Of a stretch of DNA of 32,000 nt, positions 8,435-17,574 are shown piece by piece. The position numbers and the translations under genes are program-made. Source of the stretch: Okeania sp. (GTDB lineage: Bacteria; Cyanobacteriota; Cyanobacteriia; Cyanobacteriales; Microcoleaceae); contig NZ_JAYKGW010000005.1 of assembly GCF_035285525.1 (NCBI RefSeq), positions 1-32,000 on the forward strand, in the 5' to 3' direction. Each line of letters starts with the position of its first letter. Within the stretch, counting starts at the first letter, position 1. Below the pieces are notes generated by a model. The model was not told where the DNA came from, did not search any database, and was given only the letters and a program-made list of their open reading frames with translations.

Positions 8435-9040
8435 ATGGAAAATTTATTCATAATAGAAACAGCAATTAATTCATTCATCCAAAATTCCTCTGATAAACCG
8501 TCTCCTGATGCTGTTGTGTCCGCACTGCTTGAAATTGAAAAACTCTCAAAAAAGGAGAAGCATATCTATAAAATTGAACAACTATCAGGTAATTGGCAAT
8601 TATGTTTTATTACTGGTACGAAAAAAACTAAAAAAAGAGCTGGTGTTTTATTAGGAGATGGACGCTATATTCCTAATCTTATCAAAATTACACTTTCCTA
8701 TTTTTCCCCTCTCAAAAATTCTCAAATACCTCAAGAATTAGAAATCGGTAGAGTAGAAAATACTGTAGAATTTGCTGGTTTAAAATTATCTCTTTCCGGA
8801 CTCACTAAGTTTATTGATAAAAAAAATATTCTAGCTTTTGATTTTACCAAAATTACAGTCAAATTATTTGGGATAAAACTTTATTCTGGATATATTCGGG
8901 GTGGTCAAAAAAGTGAAAATAAATTTCCGACAGAAAGTATTAGCAAACAAGCTTTTTTTTCCTACTTTGTAATTCAAGAAAAATTTATTGCTGCTAGAGG
9001 TAGAGGAGGTGGATTAGCAATATGGATAATTAATTATTAA
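8435..9040 (+). CDS. Conserved hypothetical protein, possibly PAP/fibrillin-like
   Basis: 201-aa ORF. LSGNWQLCFITGTKK resembles the fibrillin L-x-G-x-W-x-L-x-Y-T motif, and the C-terminal FIAARGRGGGLAIWI resembles the R-I-x-RG-x-x-G-x-x-F-V ending. The family assignment is tentative. The last codons run into a heptamer array. Confidence 0.5.
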   Translation: MENLFIIETAINSFIQNSSDKPSPDAVVSALLEIEKLSKKEKHIYKIEQLSGNWQLCFITGTKKTKKRAGVLLGDGRYIPNLIKITLSYFSPLKNSQIPQELEIGRVENTVEFAGLKLSLSGLTKFIDKKNILAFDFTKITVKLFGIKLYSGYIRGGQKSENKFPTESISKQAFFSYFVIQEKFIAARGRGGGLAIWIINY

Positions 9041-9089
9041 TAATTAATAATGGATAATGGATAATTAATAATTGATAATTTATATAGCT

Positions 9090-9231
9090 ATCAGAAATTA
9101 TTGGTGAGAAAAAACTGTAGGGGTTTGGTCTCCTTTCCCCAAGTGCAAAATAATTAATAATTGACATAGTCATCAAAAATTATTAGTGAGAAAAAACGTA
9201 GGGGTTTAGTCTCCTTTCTCCAAGTGCAAAA
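9090..9231. repeat. Two tandem about 60-bp copies (9090-9150 and 9172-9231) carrying the GTAGGGGTTTGGTCTCC motif
   Basis: atca(g/a)aaattatt(g/a)gtgagaaaaaac(t)gtaggggttt(g/a)gtctcctttc(c/t)ccaagtgcaaaa occurs twice. The second GTAGGGGTTT (9198-9207) pairs with aaacccctac at 9245-9254. Confidence 0.75.
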
Positions 9232-9274
9232 GGATTTGGAAATCAAACCCCTACAATAAAATAGGATTGTTATA

Positions 9275-9910
9275 ATGGATAGTTGGTTAAAAACATTAGA
9301 AAAAAATCCCATAATTGCGGTGATTCGCACTTCCAAAATGGAGCTGGCTCAGCAAATGGCAAAAGCTGTTGCTGCTGGAGGTATTCGGATAATAGAAATT
9401 ACTTGGAATACTGATCGAGCAATTGAATTAATTACTTTGCTCCGCTCCGAATTACCGAATTGTACCATTGGCACAGGTACATTATTAACTCTAGAAGATT
9501 TACAAAAAGCAGTTAAAATTGGTTGTGAATTTCTCTTTACTCCACATACTAATTATGCTATGATTCAAACAGCAAAAATAGCTGGTGTACCTATCATTCC
9601 CGGCGCTCTTTCTCCCACAGAAATAGTTACTGCTTGGCAAACTGGAGCTACTTGTGTTAAAGTATATCCAATTTCAGCAGTTGGATACGCCAATTATATT
9701 AAAAGTTTACAAGGCCCTTTAGGAAATATTCCCTTAATTCCTACTGGTGGAGTAACTTTAGAAAATGCTAAAGAATTTATTGATGCTGGTGCAATTGCTG
9801 TAGGTTTATCAGGGAAGCTATTTCCGAAAAATTTAATAATTACTGAAGATTGGGAAGCGATCGCTCAACAAGCGAAACTTCTAGTTAAACAACTTTCAAA
9901 AAATAATTAG
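9275..9910 (+). CDS. eda: KDPG / 4-hydroxy-2-oxoglutarate aldolase
   Basis: 211 aa. IIAVIR...GGIRIIEITWNT...IGTGTLL...FLFTPH...IPGALSPTEI...VKVYPI...IPTGGV is the class I KDPG aldolase pattern, including the Schiff-base Lys context VKVYP. Confidence 0.88.
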   Translation: MDSWLKTLEKNPIIAVIRTSKMELAQQMAKAVAAGGIRIIEITWNTDRAIELITLLRSELPNCTIGTGTLLTLEDLQKAVKIGCEFLFTPHTNYAMIQTAKIAGVPIIPGALSPTEIVTAWQTGATCVKVYPISAVGYANYIKSLQGPLGNIPLIPTGGVTLENAKEFIDAGAIAVGLSGKLFPKNLIITEDWEAIAQQAKLLVKQLSKNN

Positions 9911-10273
9911 TTGGTAAGCATTTAGCATTCAGCTCTTAGCTTAATTACCTTGAGTTGACAACTCAAACTTGTGTTTCTGGTTTCAACTCTTTAGTTAAAA
10001 ATTTAGTAGAATTAACAGTCTTGGTAACACAGCCTTGAAGGCTGTAACAACCTGGAAGGTTGTGTTACCAGAGTTACTAGGAGACTGGAAGTCTTTAACA
10101 AATAATAAAATTTTGTACCTCACGCGCCTCCGAAATTGCTGTAATTCATTAAAAAGCTGTTTGCATAGCATTCCCAAGGATGAGCTGACTGCTGAAATTA
10201 GTCGAGAACACTAATTAAAATAATATTAATCAAAATTAGACCAAAATTTTTCTTTTTTAAGAGAGGTATAAAC

Positions 10274-10777
10274 ATGAAAAATTTACTTACTTCCAGACTA
10301 ATAATTAAAGTCTTTGTTAGTGCAGCACTAACTATTACAAGTTTTTTTTCCTACTCAATAACAACAGAAGCTAGTCAATGGGAAAATTTAATTGCCACCA
10401 GAATGTTAGAGTTACAAGAATCTGACAAACGTTGGATTTCAATTGATTTATCTAACCAAAGATTAATAGCTTGGGAAGGAAATAAAGCGGTTTATGCAGT
10501 CATAGTTTCCACAGGTAAAGCGTCAACCCCTACACGGTTGGGTACTTTTAAAGTACAAACAAAATATCGCACTACGAGAATGACAGGACCAGGTTACGAT
10601 GTGCCTGACGTTCCCTATACTATGTATTATGATGGGGGAATGGCTATTCATGGTGCTTACTGGCATAATAAGTTCGGTACTCCAGTTAGTCACGGTTGCA
10701 CAAATGTAGCAGTCAATCATGCAAAATGGTTATTTGAATGGGCGTCTGTAGGAACTCCTGTGGTGGTACATGAATAA
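10274..10777 (+). CDS. L,D-transpeptidase (YkuD domain), secreted
   Basis: 167 aa with an N-terminal signal-like hydrophobic segment and the YkuD catalytic motif [20 protein letters not shown]. Confidence 0.9.
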   Translation: MKNLLTSRLIIKVFVSAALTITSFFSYSITTEASQWENLIATRMLELQESDKRWISIDLSNQRLIAWEGNKAVYAVIVSTGKASTPTRLGTFKVQTKYRTTRMTGPGYDVPDVPYTMYYDGGMAIHGAYWHNKFGTPVSHGCTNVAVNHAKWLFEWASVGTPVVVHE

Positions 10778-11102
10778 TTGAAAAAAAGTTATTTCATTTA
10801 TCAGTTATTAACAAAATTTTGAATGGATTTTTTCATCTATATTCGTCATTGGGAGGTGGGTCGAAAAAAATGTAATGTTGATTTACCAATTTGTGATGGC
10901 GAAGGGAGAGTGGAAAAAGTTGTTTGAGTTGTTTTTTCAAGCATCCCCCTGAAGCCATCTCAATACCCTAAATTTCTAGGAATAAATTGCCTCTATTTTG
11001 TCATTGATAATATCAGGAAAGAGATAGCTGCGGCTAACTTAATATTTTCCTGAACCGTTTAACTAATTTCTGACCACCTCGCCATGACAATATTAATAGA
11101 AC

Positions 11103-11191
11103 AAGACTTACGCATAAACGCTATTAGTAGGGTGAGTTAACGTCATTGTCACCCATCGGTACGCTATATATAGTCCCTTTGCGTAAGTCCT
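11103..11191. mobile_element. MITE, AGGACTTACGCA superfamily (core type A)
   Basis: aagacttacgca ... tgcgtaagtcct. The flanking 5-mer TAGAA lies at 11097-11101 and 11193-11197. Confidence 0.8.
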
Positions 11192-11263
11192 ATAGAAAAT
11201 ATTAAAGATGTCATAGAACCTTATTTAGAATGTATGCTCATAACAACAGAAAACACTGTATTT

Positions 11264-12178
11264 TTACAAAGGAGCAACATGACGCAAAATAGTTAAAGGT
11301 TTTTGCTCCTTAAGAATTTTCATTTGTTCTTGATTTTTTACTAACAAAGCACCAGAAAAACCTAAACTATTCACAGAAATAGACTGAAAATCTGGATATG
11401 AGCGCGGCACAACAAACATCCATTCTCGTGTCACTAAAAGATTATAATCACTAGACTGTTTTCCACTCATCCCATCACTACCTTCTATCCCGACTGCTTT
11501 AAGTAAACAGAAATAAAATTCTAATATTTTGGCAGCAGATTCAAACGGAGAATTTACCCAACCAGGATCTAACTTTGCTATAGCGTGTCGAAAAGGAAAA
11601 TAAGACGTAACACCTATTCCGTTATTAAATTTAGCAGTAGCGATCGCTTTATCTATCGGCACTTTTTCTTCATCTGATACCAAAGGAAGAGGAACCATTT
11701 GCAAATGTTTATGACGTTGACTCGCACCCGCAGTTTTCCCAGAGTTATAAAAAGCTAAACCTTCAAACTCCCCCATACAGGAACCCAAAGCTTGAAAATC
11801 TGACAAATTAAGTAAATTTTCCTGTTCTTCAAATTCTCTAGTAACAATGAGCAAATGATAATCAACAACATTATATTTATTCAGCAGACACAGATGAGTT
11901 TGAGAAATATCTGCAACAAATAAATCCTCCTCATAAGGTTTAAAAGGATTAAAATTTTTGCCAGTGACAACCTTCTTTTTTTCCTGCTGTTTTTTAGCTT
12001 CATCTTTACGGGATAAATTAGATAAAATACGCACCAAGAAACGAATATTATCTTGTTCTACAAATTCATATTCTGTGGGTATCGGTTGGAGTGCGCCACA
12101 TTCCAGAGCATATTCAGTTTGTTGTTTGAGTCTTTCCCAGAGAGTACCCGGTGCTAATAAAAGTTGATTTTCAGACAT
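11264..12178 (-). CDS. ATP adenylyltransferase / Ap4A phosphorylase II-type protein
   Basis: 304 aa. NVVDYHLLIVTREFEEQ and GASQRHKHLQMVPLP (HxHxQ nucleotidyl-transfer motif) match the Apa1/Apa2 family. Confidence 0.8.
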   Translation of the reverse strand: MSENQLLLAPGTLWERLKQQTEYALECGALQPIPTEYEFVEQDNIRFLVRILSNLSRKDEAKKQQEKKKVVTGKNFNPFKPYEEDLFVADISQTHLCLLNKYNVVDYHLLIVTREFEEQENLLNLSDFQALGSCMGEFEGLAFYNSGKTAGASQRHKHLQMVPLPLVSDEEKVPIDKAIATAKFNNGIGVTSYFPFRHAIAKLDPGWVNSPFESAAKILEFYFCLLKAVGIEGSDGMSGKQSSDYNLLVTREWMFVVPRSYPDFQSISVNSLGFSGALLVKNQEQMKILKEQKPLTILRHVAPL

Positions 12179-12230
12179 ATATATAGCAATCCTATTTTAT
12201 TTGTGTATCAAAATCTTACCCTAAAACCCA

Positions 12231-12592
12231 TATCCCGCACGACAAGATGTAGTATCAAATTAGGAGTTAGAATCCAGAATCCAGAATCCGTATGTGAAGA
12301 AGAATCATAAAAGAGGTAGCCAGAAGAATCTTCCCTTTATTTTCTACCTCTCGAAATGCCCAAAATCCTACATTTTGGAACTAGAATTACCTAAAAGTTG
12401 GTACTTTATTAGTATCTGCAAAGGCTGAAACCAATGCCCGTAAAAACTTTGATAAATAATTCAGCCAACCCTACTTAATTGTTGACTAATATAACTTTCT
12501 CCTGTTTGCTCTTCATGGAGTAGGAAATTCTGACTCCTGGATTCTGACTCCTGGATTCTGGATTCGTAGTACATTTTGACGTGCGGAATGTC
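12231..12592. mobile_element. About 360-bp non-coding element with long (about 55-bp) terminal inverted repeats built on GAATCCA heptamers
   Basis: The left arm cccgcacgacaagatgtagta..gaatccagaatccagaatcc (12234-12290) is mirrored by ggattctgactcctggattctgg..tagtacattttgacgtgcgg (12521-12586). Its core is homologous to 30085-30250 on the opposite strand. Confidence 0.6.
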
Positions 12593-12683
12593 AGCTAAAA
12601 ATCATCAGTGGTTAAAAATCGGCATATCCACCATTATTGTTAGAGTTATTAGTACAGGAACAGTCATTTCAGTTATCAGTTAT

Positions 12684-12789
12684 CAGTAGAAAGTGAACCT
12701 CCGAATTTATCGGAATACTGATTTCTCGGGAACCGTGTTAAAATTTTTTCATCCCCGAAAAAGGGGGAGGCTTTATACCTCTTTTTTTG
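12684..12789. repeat. About 106-bp compound palindromic repeat, left member of an inverted pair
   Basis: cagtagaaagtgaacctccga...actgatttctcgggaaccgtgttaaaattttttcatcccc..ggggaggctttatacctcttttttt is the reverse complement of 14736-14848. A partial copy lies at 4455-4500. Confidence 0.8.
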
Positions 12790-12957
12790 GTAATTTTTGA
12801 CAATAATAAAAAGGTCATTTCATTTAACAGTTATCAGTTATCAATACCTCAATTTGAGAATATTTTATTCTGAATAATAAAGCTTTTATTACAAACTAAA
12901 AAAAATAGCTGTTAGCTAATAGCTGACGGCTGTTTGCTTACCTAAAACTTATGATCA

Positions 12958-13896
12958 TTAACCATTCTTTTTAGACGACTTAACGTGCTTAACTAATATT
13001 CTAGCGATCGCTTCCTGTTGCTTACTATCAAAATTTTTAATAATTAACTTCACTACCTCTTTCGGGTCTTGTGGTAATATTATTTTTTCCTCTTCAAAAG
13101 TTGTCTCTTCTGGACAAGTTGCAATTTCTTTTAAATCTTTACTTAAAACTATTTCTTCAACCTTTCTGGCTGCAATTAACTCACCAGCAGTATTCAGCTC
13201 TTTAATAATTATAGGTGCTAACACCAGGTAAGATAACTTAGAATTAGTCAGAGCTGCTTGAGAAGCAGTAACCAAAGTCCGCCAAATTTCTGTATTTTCA
13301 TTCAACTTCAACAAACCATTACAACCCTCTTTTAATTGTTCTCTGGTCTCTGGAGTATCACCTTTCTTAAACAACTCCAACATTTCCTTTAATTTCTCTT
13401 TGACCTGATGAGCAAAATTAGCTGGTATATTTTTATTTCCAATAGAAGTAGTAGTAGATTTAGGAATATTTCTACCATTAACGAGACTATTCAAATTAGT
13501 TTCTAACTCTGTAAAAATAGGTAAAGCATTTTCTACTATTTTTTCTCCTTCTTCTTCTCTTAAACCATAAGGACCTTGGAGGCGTTCTACTAAATCTTTA
13601 AGAGTATCATATCCTTTTAAAAATTGAGATTCTATTGTTTGGTCAATATCAACCGGATTTTCTCGAATTATTTTGAAACAATCTTCTAAACGATGAGCTA
13701 CTTTTTGTACACTGTGCATTCCCAACATAGCAGCTCCACCTTTGACAGAGTGAGCAGCTCTAAACATATCATTAATAGTTTCAGAATCTGTCATAGTAGA
13801 CTTCAAATCTACCAACCCATTTTCTAAAGTTACTAAATGTTCTTCTGCTTCCATTATAAATAATTGCTTAATTCGTTCATCTTGTTCTGATGGCAT
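12958..13896 (-). CDS. Stand-alone Hpt (histidine phosphotransfer) domain protein
   Basis: 312 aa. The N-terminal region FIMEAEEHL...FRAAHSVKGGAAMLG is the CheA/Hpt phospho-His motif (H-S-x-K-G). I recognised nothing in the C-terminal about 190 aa. Confidence 0.8.
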   Translation of the reverse strand: MPSEQDERIKQLFIMEAEEHLVTLENGLVDLKSTMTDSETINDMFRAAHSVKGGAAMLGMHSVQKVAHRLEDCFKIIRENPVDIDQTIESQFLKGYDTLKDLVERLQGPYGLREEEGEKIVENALPIFTELETNLNSLVNGRNIPKSTTTSIGNKNIPANFAHQVKEKLKEMLELFKKGDTPETREQLKEGCNGLLKLNENTEIWRTLVTASQAALTNSKLSYLVLAPIIIKELNTAGELIAARKVEEIVLSKDLKEIATCPEETTFEEEKIILPQDPKEVVKLIIKNFDSKQQEAIARILVKHVKSSKKNG

Positions 13897-14523
13897 AATA
13901 TTTCTCCTAAGTAGGTGATCATAAGTAAATGTAACGAGTATATAGTAGGTTTAATTAATTATATCAAATCCATCTAGTATCGGTACTATTTAATTCCATA
14001 CCGTAGAAGTTTGGTCTCTAAGCCTCCACCAAGCTGAGAGTTTTTGTTAATACTAATGGTAGAATCCTAATTTTCCAAACTAAGTGAATGTTATATTATA
14101 TTATTCAGTTTACTTCTGCAGCTTAGATTTTAGTTATATTAATTTGGTGGTATTTAGGTAGGGACGCCACCAAATGAAAGGAGTTAGAGATAGGAGCTAT
14201 CAGAGTCTGAGATTGGGGTAGGAACGCCGTTAGATTGGCAGTTTACAGAAATTATAAAATCTTTAGTTCAATTTAATCATCATTAAAACCTATCACAATT
14301 AATTTATAATTGCTATATTTCAATAATATTACATGTGTAATCAAAAAAAAGCTTTACCTTTTCCCCTCCTGAGAGGGGTTAGGGGTGGGTTATATCATGT
14401 CCAGTTAAATAATTAGACTTTGGTGGAAGGAAAGCAGAAAGAAGCTTTTATGCCATTTCTACCTTGATTTTATACACGCACCGTGCGTGTAAAAGTTGGA
14501 AAAATATCTACCGTCATATAAGC

Positions 14524-14683
14524 AGGACTTACCCATGATCAAGAAGTTTTAGGCATTTGAGATTGCTTTCAGTCCAGAATGCCCCCCATTTTCTGAGGTA
14601 ATGGGAAGCGCAAAACCCTGTCGCTTGTTATCGCAAAGCTGCGCTGACGCAATGATAAAATTGCGTTGCCTTGCGTAAGTCCT
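14524..14683. mobile_element. MITE, AGGACTTACGCA superfamily (core type C variant)
   Basis: aggacttaccca ... ttgcgtaagtcct. The flanks ATAAG / ATCAA are not an exact duplication. Confidence 0.65.
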
Positions 14684-14735
14684 GATCAAGTTTTTTCTTC
14701 TCTTAAAGGTTCTTCCTTCTTCCTTCCTTCTTAAT

Positions 14736-14848
14736 CAAAAAAGAGGTATAAAGCCTCCCCTTGTTTGGGGATGAAAAAATTTTAACACGGTTGCCGAGAA
14801 ATCAGTATTTCAAGCCTCCGACTTTGGTCGGAGGTTCACTCTCTACTG
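14736..14848. repeat. Right member of the inverted pair with 12684-12789
   Basis: Reverse complement of the left copy. It contains the perfect hairpin cctccgac-tttg-gtcggagg. Confidence 0.8.
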
Positions 14849-14985
14849 TTTCGCTGCGCGACATGAAAAGCGCAGCACCGACCTAGGAGAATAACTGATA
14901 ACTGAAAAGACCTTCTCTATACAATACCGATGCTACCGGACATGATATGAGGTACTGATAACTGATAACTAAAATGACTTGTTAA

Positions 14986-17142
14986 CTATAAATTCATTGC
15001 ATTAGCACGAGCAGCAGCAGCTTCATCGGGGTGAATATTCAAGCGAGTTAAATTTACTCGACCCTTAGCATCTATTTCTCGGACTTTAACAATGACTTCA
15101 TCTCCGATTGCTAATTCATCTTCTACTTTACCCACGCGATAATCTGCAATTTGAGATATGTGAACCATTCCTTCTTTGCCAGCAAATACTTCCACAAAAG
15201 CACCGATAGGAATAATTCGAGTCACGCGACCAACATAAACATCTCCAGGATTCAGTTTCTTGGTCATTCCTTGAATAATATTGCACGCTTGTTTAGCTTT
15301 TTCACCATCCGCTGCTGCAATAGTTACGGTACCATCATCATCAATATCAATTTTGACTCCGGTTTCCTCAGTAATACCTTTAATAGTCTTACCACCAGGT
15401 CCGATGACTAAACCGATCATTTCTGGATCTATCTTGAAAGTTAAAAGTCGCGGTGCATAAGGTGACATATCCGGACGAGGTTCGTTGATAACACTCAACA
15501 TTTTTTCTAGAATATGTATCCGTGCTGGTTTAGCTTGATGAATAGCTTCAGCAATAATTTGTATGGATAAACCTGTGATTTTCATATCCATTTGTAATGC
15601 TGTAATTCCACTATCAGTACCAGCAACTTTGAAATCCATATCACCCAAAAAGTCTTCTATACCTTGGATATCTGTCAGGATACGAACTTCCTCATCTTCT
15701 TTAATTAAACCCATTGCAGCTCCACTCACAGGTTTAATAATAGGAACTCCTGCATCCATTAAACCAAGAGTGGAAGCACAAACAGAACCCATAGAAGTTG
15801 AACCATTGGAAGACAGAACTTCGGAAACCACCCGAATCACATAAGGAAAAATATCGCTTGCAGGTATGACAGGAAATAATGCACGTTCTGCTAAAGCACC
15901 GTGACCTATTTCCCGACGACCAGGCGATCGCAATGGTTTAGTTTCTCCGACGGAAAAAGGAGGGAAGTTATAATGGTGCAAATAACGTTTTTCGTCTTGG
16001 GGATGTAAGTCATCTGCTAATTCTTGAGCATCACCAGGAGTTCCCAAAGTCACAGCAGACATTACTTGAGTCAAACCGCGATTAAATAGAGAACTACCGT
16101 GAACTCTTGGTGGTAAGACTCCTACCCGACAAGAAACCGGACGAACTTCATCTAATTTCCGACCATCAACTCGGATACCTTCGTCAATAATTTGTTTACG
16201 CATCAGCTTTTTAGTAACACCCTTAAAAGTATTACCTAAAGCCATATTGTCAGATTCAACCATTACTCTGAGTGCTTCTTCTTCCGGAAGTTCAGCGATC
16301 GCTTCTGCCAGAGTTTCTTTAATTGCATCAAGTTTCTCATCCCGCTGATTTTTATCCAAATCGTATTCAGACAAAATCTGTTTAATAGATTCTGTTGCTT
16401 TTTCCTTAATATAGTCTTCTAAAGTGGGGTCTACTACTTTGGGTGCTTCTAGTGATGCTAGTTCAATACCCATTTCCGCAATAATTTCTCGTTGAGCTTG
16501 AATCAGGTCACAAACTGCTTCATAACCAAAATCAATTGCTTCAATGATGTCTTGTTCTGGCAATTGATTTGCCCCTGCTTCTACCATTATTACTCCGTGG
16601 GGAGAACCAGCAACCACCAAATCTAAATCACCATTTTTTACTTCACGATAAGTAGGATTTATGATAAAATCGTCTCCCACTAAACCTACCCGTACCGCAG
16701 CCATTGGGCCATAAAATGGTAATCTGGCCAACAATACGGCCACCGAACTACCTGTAACAGCTAGGACATCTGGTGGTACTTCCTCGTCCATAGACAATGT
16801 TGTGGCCACAATTTGAATATCATCCCGCAACCAACTAGGAAATAGGGGGCGTAGAGGTCTATCAATTAAACGACCTGTAAGAGTCACCTTTTCTGGAGGA
16901 CGACCTTCCCGACGCAAAAAGCCGCCCGGAATTTTCCCTCCAGCGTAGAGTCTTTCTTCGTAGTCCACCAAAAGAGGTAGAAAGTCTATTCCTTCTCTGG
17001 CTTTGGCTGTAGTAGCTGTGACTAATACTGCTGTATCTCCTGATTCTATCATCACAGCACCACCAGCTTGAGGCGCAAATACACCGACTTTTAGTCGAAT
17101 GTCCCTTCCATCAAAGGATATGGATTTGTTTATCTCTTCCAT
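14986..17142 (-). CDS. pnp: Polyribonucleotide nucleotidyltransferase (PNPase)
   Basis: 718 aa with two RNase PH domains, KH ([15 protein letters not shown]) and S1 ([26 protein letters not shown]) domains. The match to PNPase runs full length. Confidence 0.97.
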   Translation of the reverse strand: MEEINKSISFDGRDIRLKVGVFAPQAGGAVMIESGDTAVLVTATTAKAREGIDFLPLLVDYEERLYAGGKIPGGFLRREGRPPEKVTLTGRLIDRPLRPLFPSWLRDDIQIVATTLSMDEEVPPDVLAVTGSSVAVLLARLPFYGPMAAVRVGLVGDDFIINPTYREVKNGDLDLVVAGSPHGVIMVEAGANQLPEQDIIEAIDFGYEAVCDLIQAQREIIAEMGIELASLEAPKVVDPTLEDYIKEKATESIKQILSEYDLDKNQRDEKLDAIKETLAEAIAELPEEEALRVMVESDNMALGNTFKGVTKKLMRKQIIDEGIRVDGRKLDEVRPVSCRVGVLPPRVHGSSLFNRGLTQVMSAVTLGTPGDAQELADDLHPQDEKRYLHHYNFPPFSVGETKPLRSPGRREIGHGALAERALFPVIPASDIFPYVIRVVSEVLSSNGSTSMGSVCASTLGLMDAGVPIIKPVSGAAMGLIKEDEEVRILTDIQGIEDFLGDMDFKVAGTDSGITALQMDMKITGLSIQIIAEAIHQAKPARIHILEKMLSVINEPRPDMSPYAPRLLTFKIDPEMIGLVIGPGGKTIKGITEETGVKIDIDDDGTVTIAAADGEKAKQACNIIQGMTKKLNPGDVYVGRVTRIIPIGAFVEVFAGKEGMVHISQIADYRVGKVEDELAIGDEVIVKVREIDAKGRVNLTRLNIHPDEAAAARANAMNL

Positions 17143-17270
17143 CCAATTTTTTTTCCTTATTCTTTCGCTTCTTTAGGAAATCGTAGCATTCTTGGGGATT
17201 CTTAATGGGGCAATTATAAATCAGAAGTCAAATATCACAAATAAAATGTCAAATGTCAAAAATCAGGTAT

Positions 17271-17315
17271 GGTAGTATCGGTAAAATTCGCTCTCCGTAG
17301 GGGTTTAGTCTCCAA
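17271..17315. repeat. Repeat, inverted partner at 21370-21414
   Basis: ggtagtatcggtaaaattcgctctccgtaggggtttagtctccaa versus the reverse complement ggtagtatcgctataattcgctcgcagtaggggtttggtctccaa (40 of 45 identical). Confidence 0.8.
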
Positions 17316-17442
17316 TTTTTCGGGAACCGTACCCTCTACAACCTATGAGTTTTCGCCAACATTGATGGTATAATACCATTTCTCAAAAGCCAAGGGATTT
17401 GATATAAGCTCTGATTTGGTAATTTCCATATCGCAATTTTCA

Positions 17443-17552
17443 TTACAGCGCTTTTCTTTCTTGATGAACCACCGGAGCCATGACCAAAATATTGTAGGGA
17501 CGTTCCATGGAACGTCCCTACTGTGGTTTACCGTGTCAGAAAACCACTGTCA
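17443..17552. mobile_element. MITE-like element with TTACAGCGCTTTTC-type termini and a central GTAGGGACG...CGTCCCTAC hairpin
   Basis: Shares ttgatgaaccaccggagccat(g/a)accaaaat..gtaggga....cgtccctactgtggttt with 31365-31473 and 31616-31726. Confidence 0.7.
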
Positions 17553-17574
17553 AAGTTCAGAAGTCAAATGTCAA

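Noticed and set aside
9027-9254. A possible CRISPR array or other spaced-repeat array (tandem about 60-bp units and heptamer arrays).
   Set aside because: There are only two copies, at an 82-bp period, with no unique spacers of regular length. The heptamer arrays are simple tandem repeats. No cas genes are present in the window.
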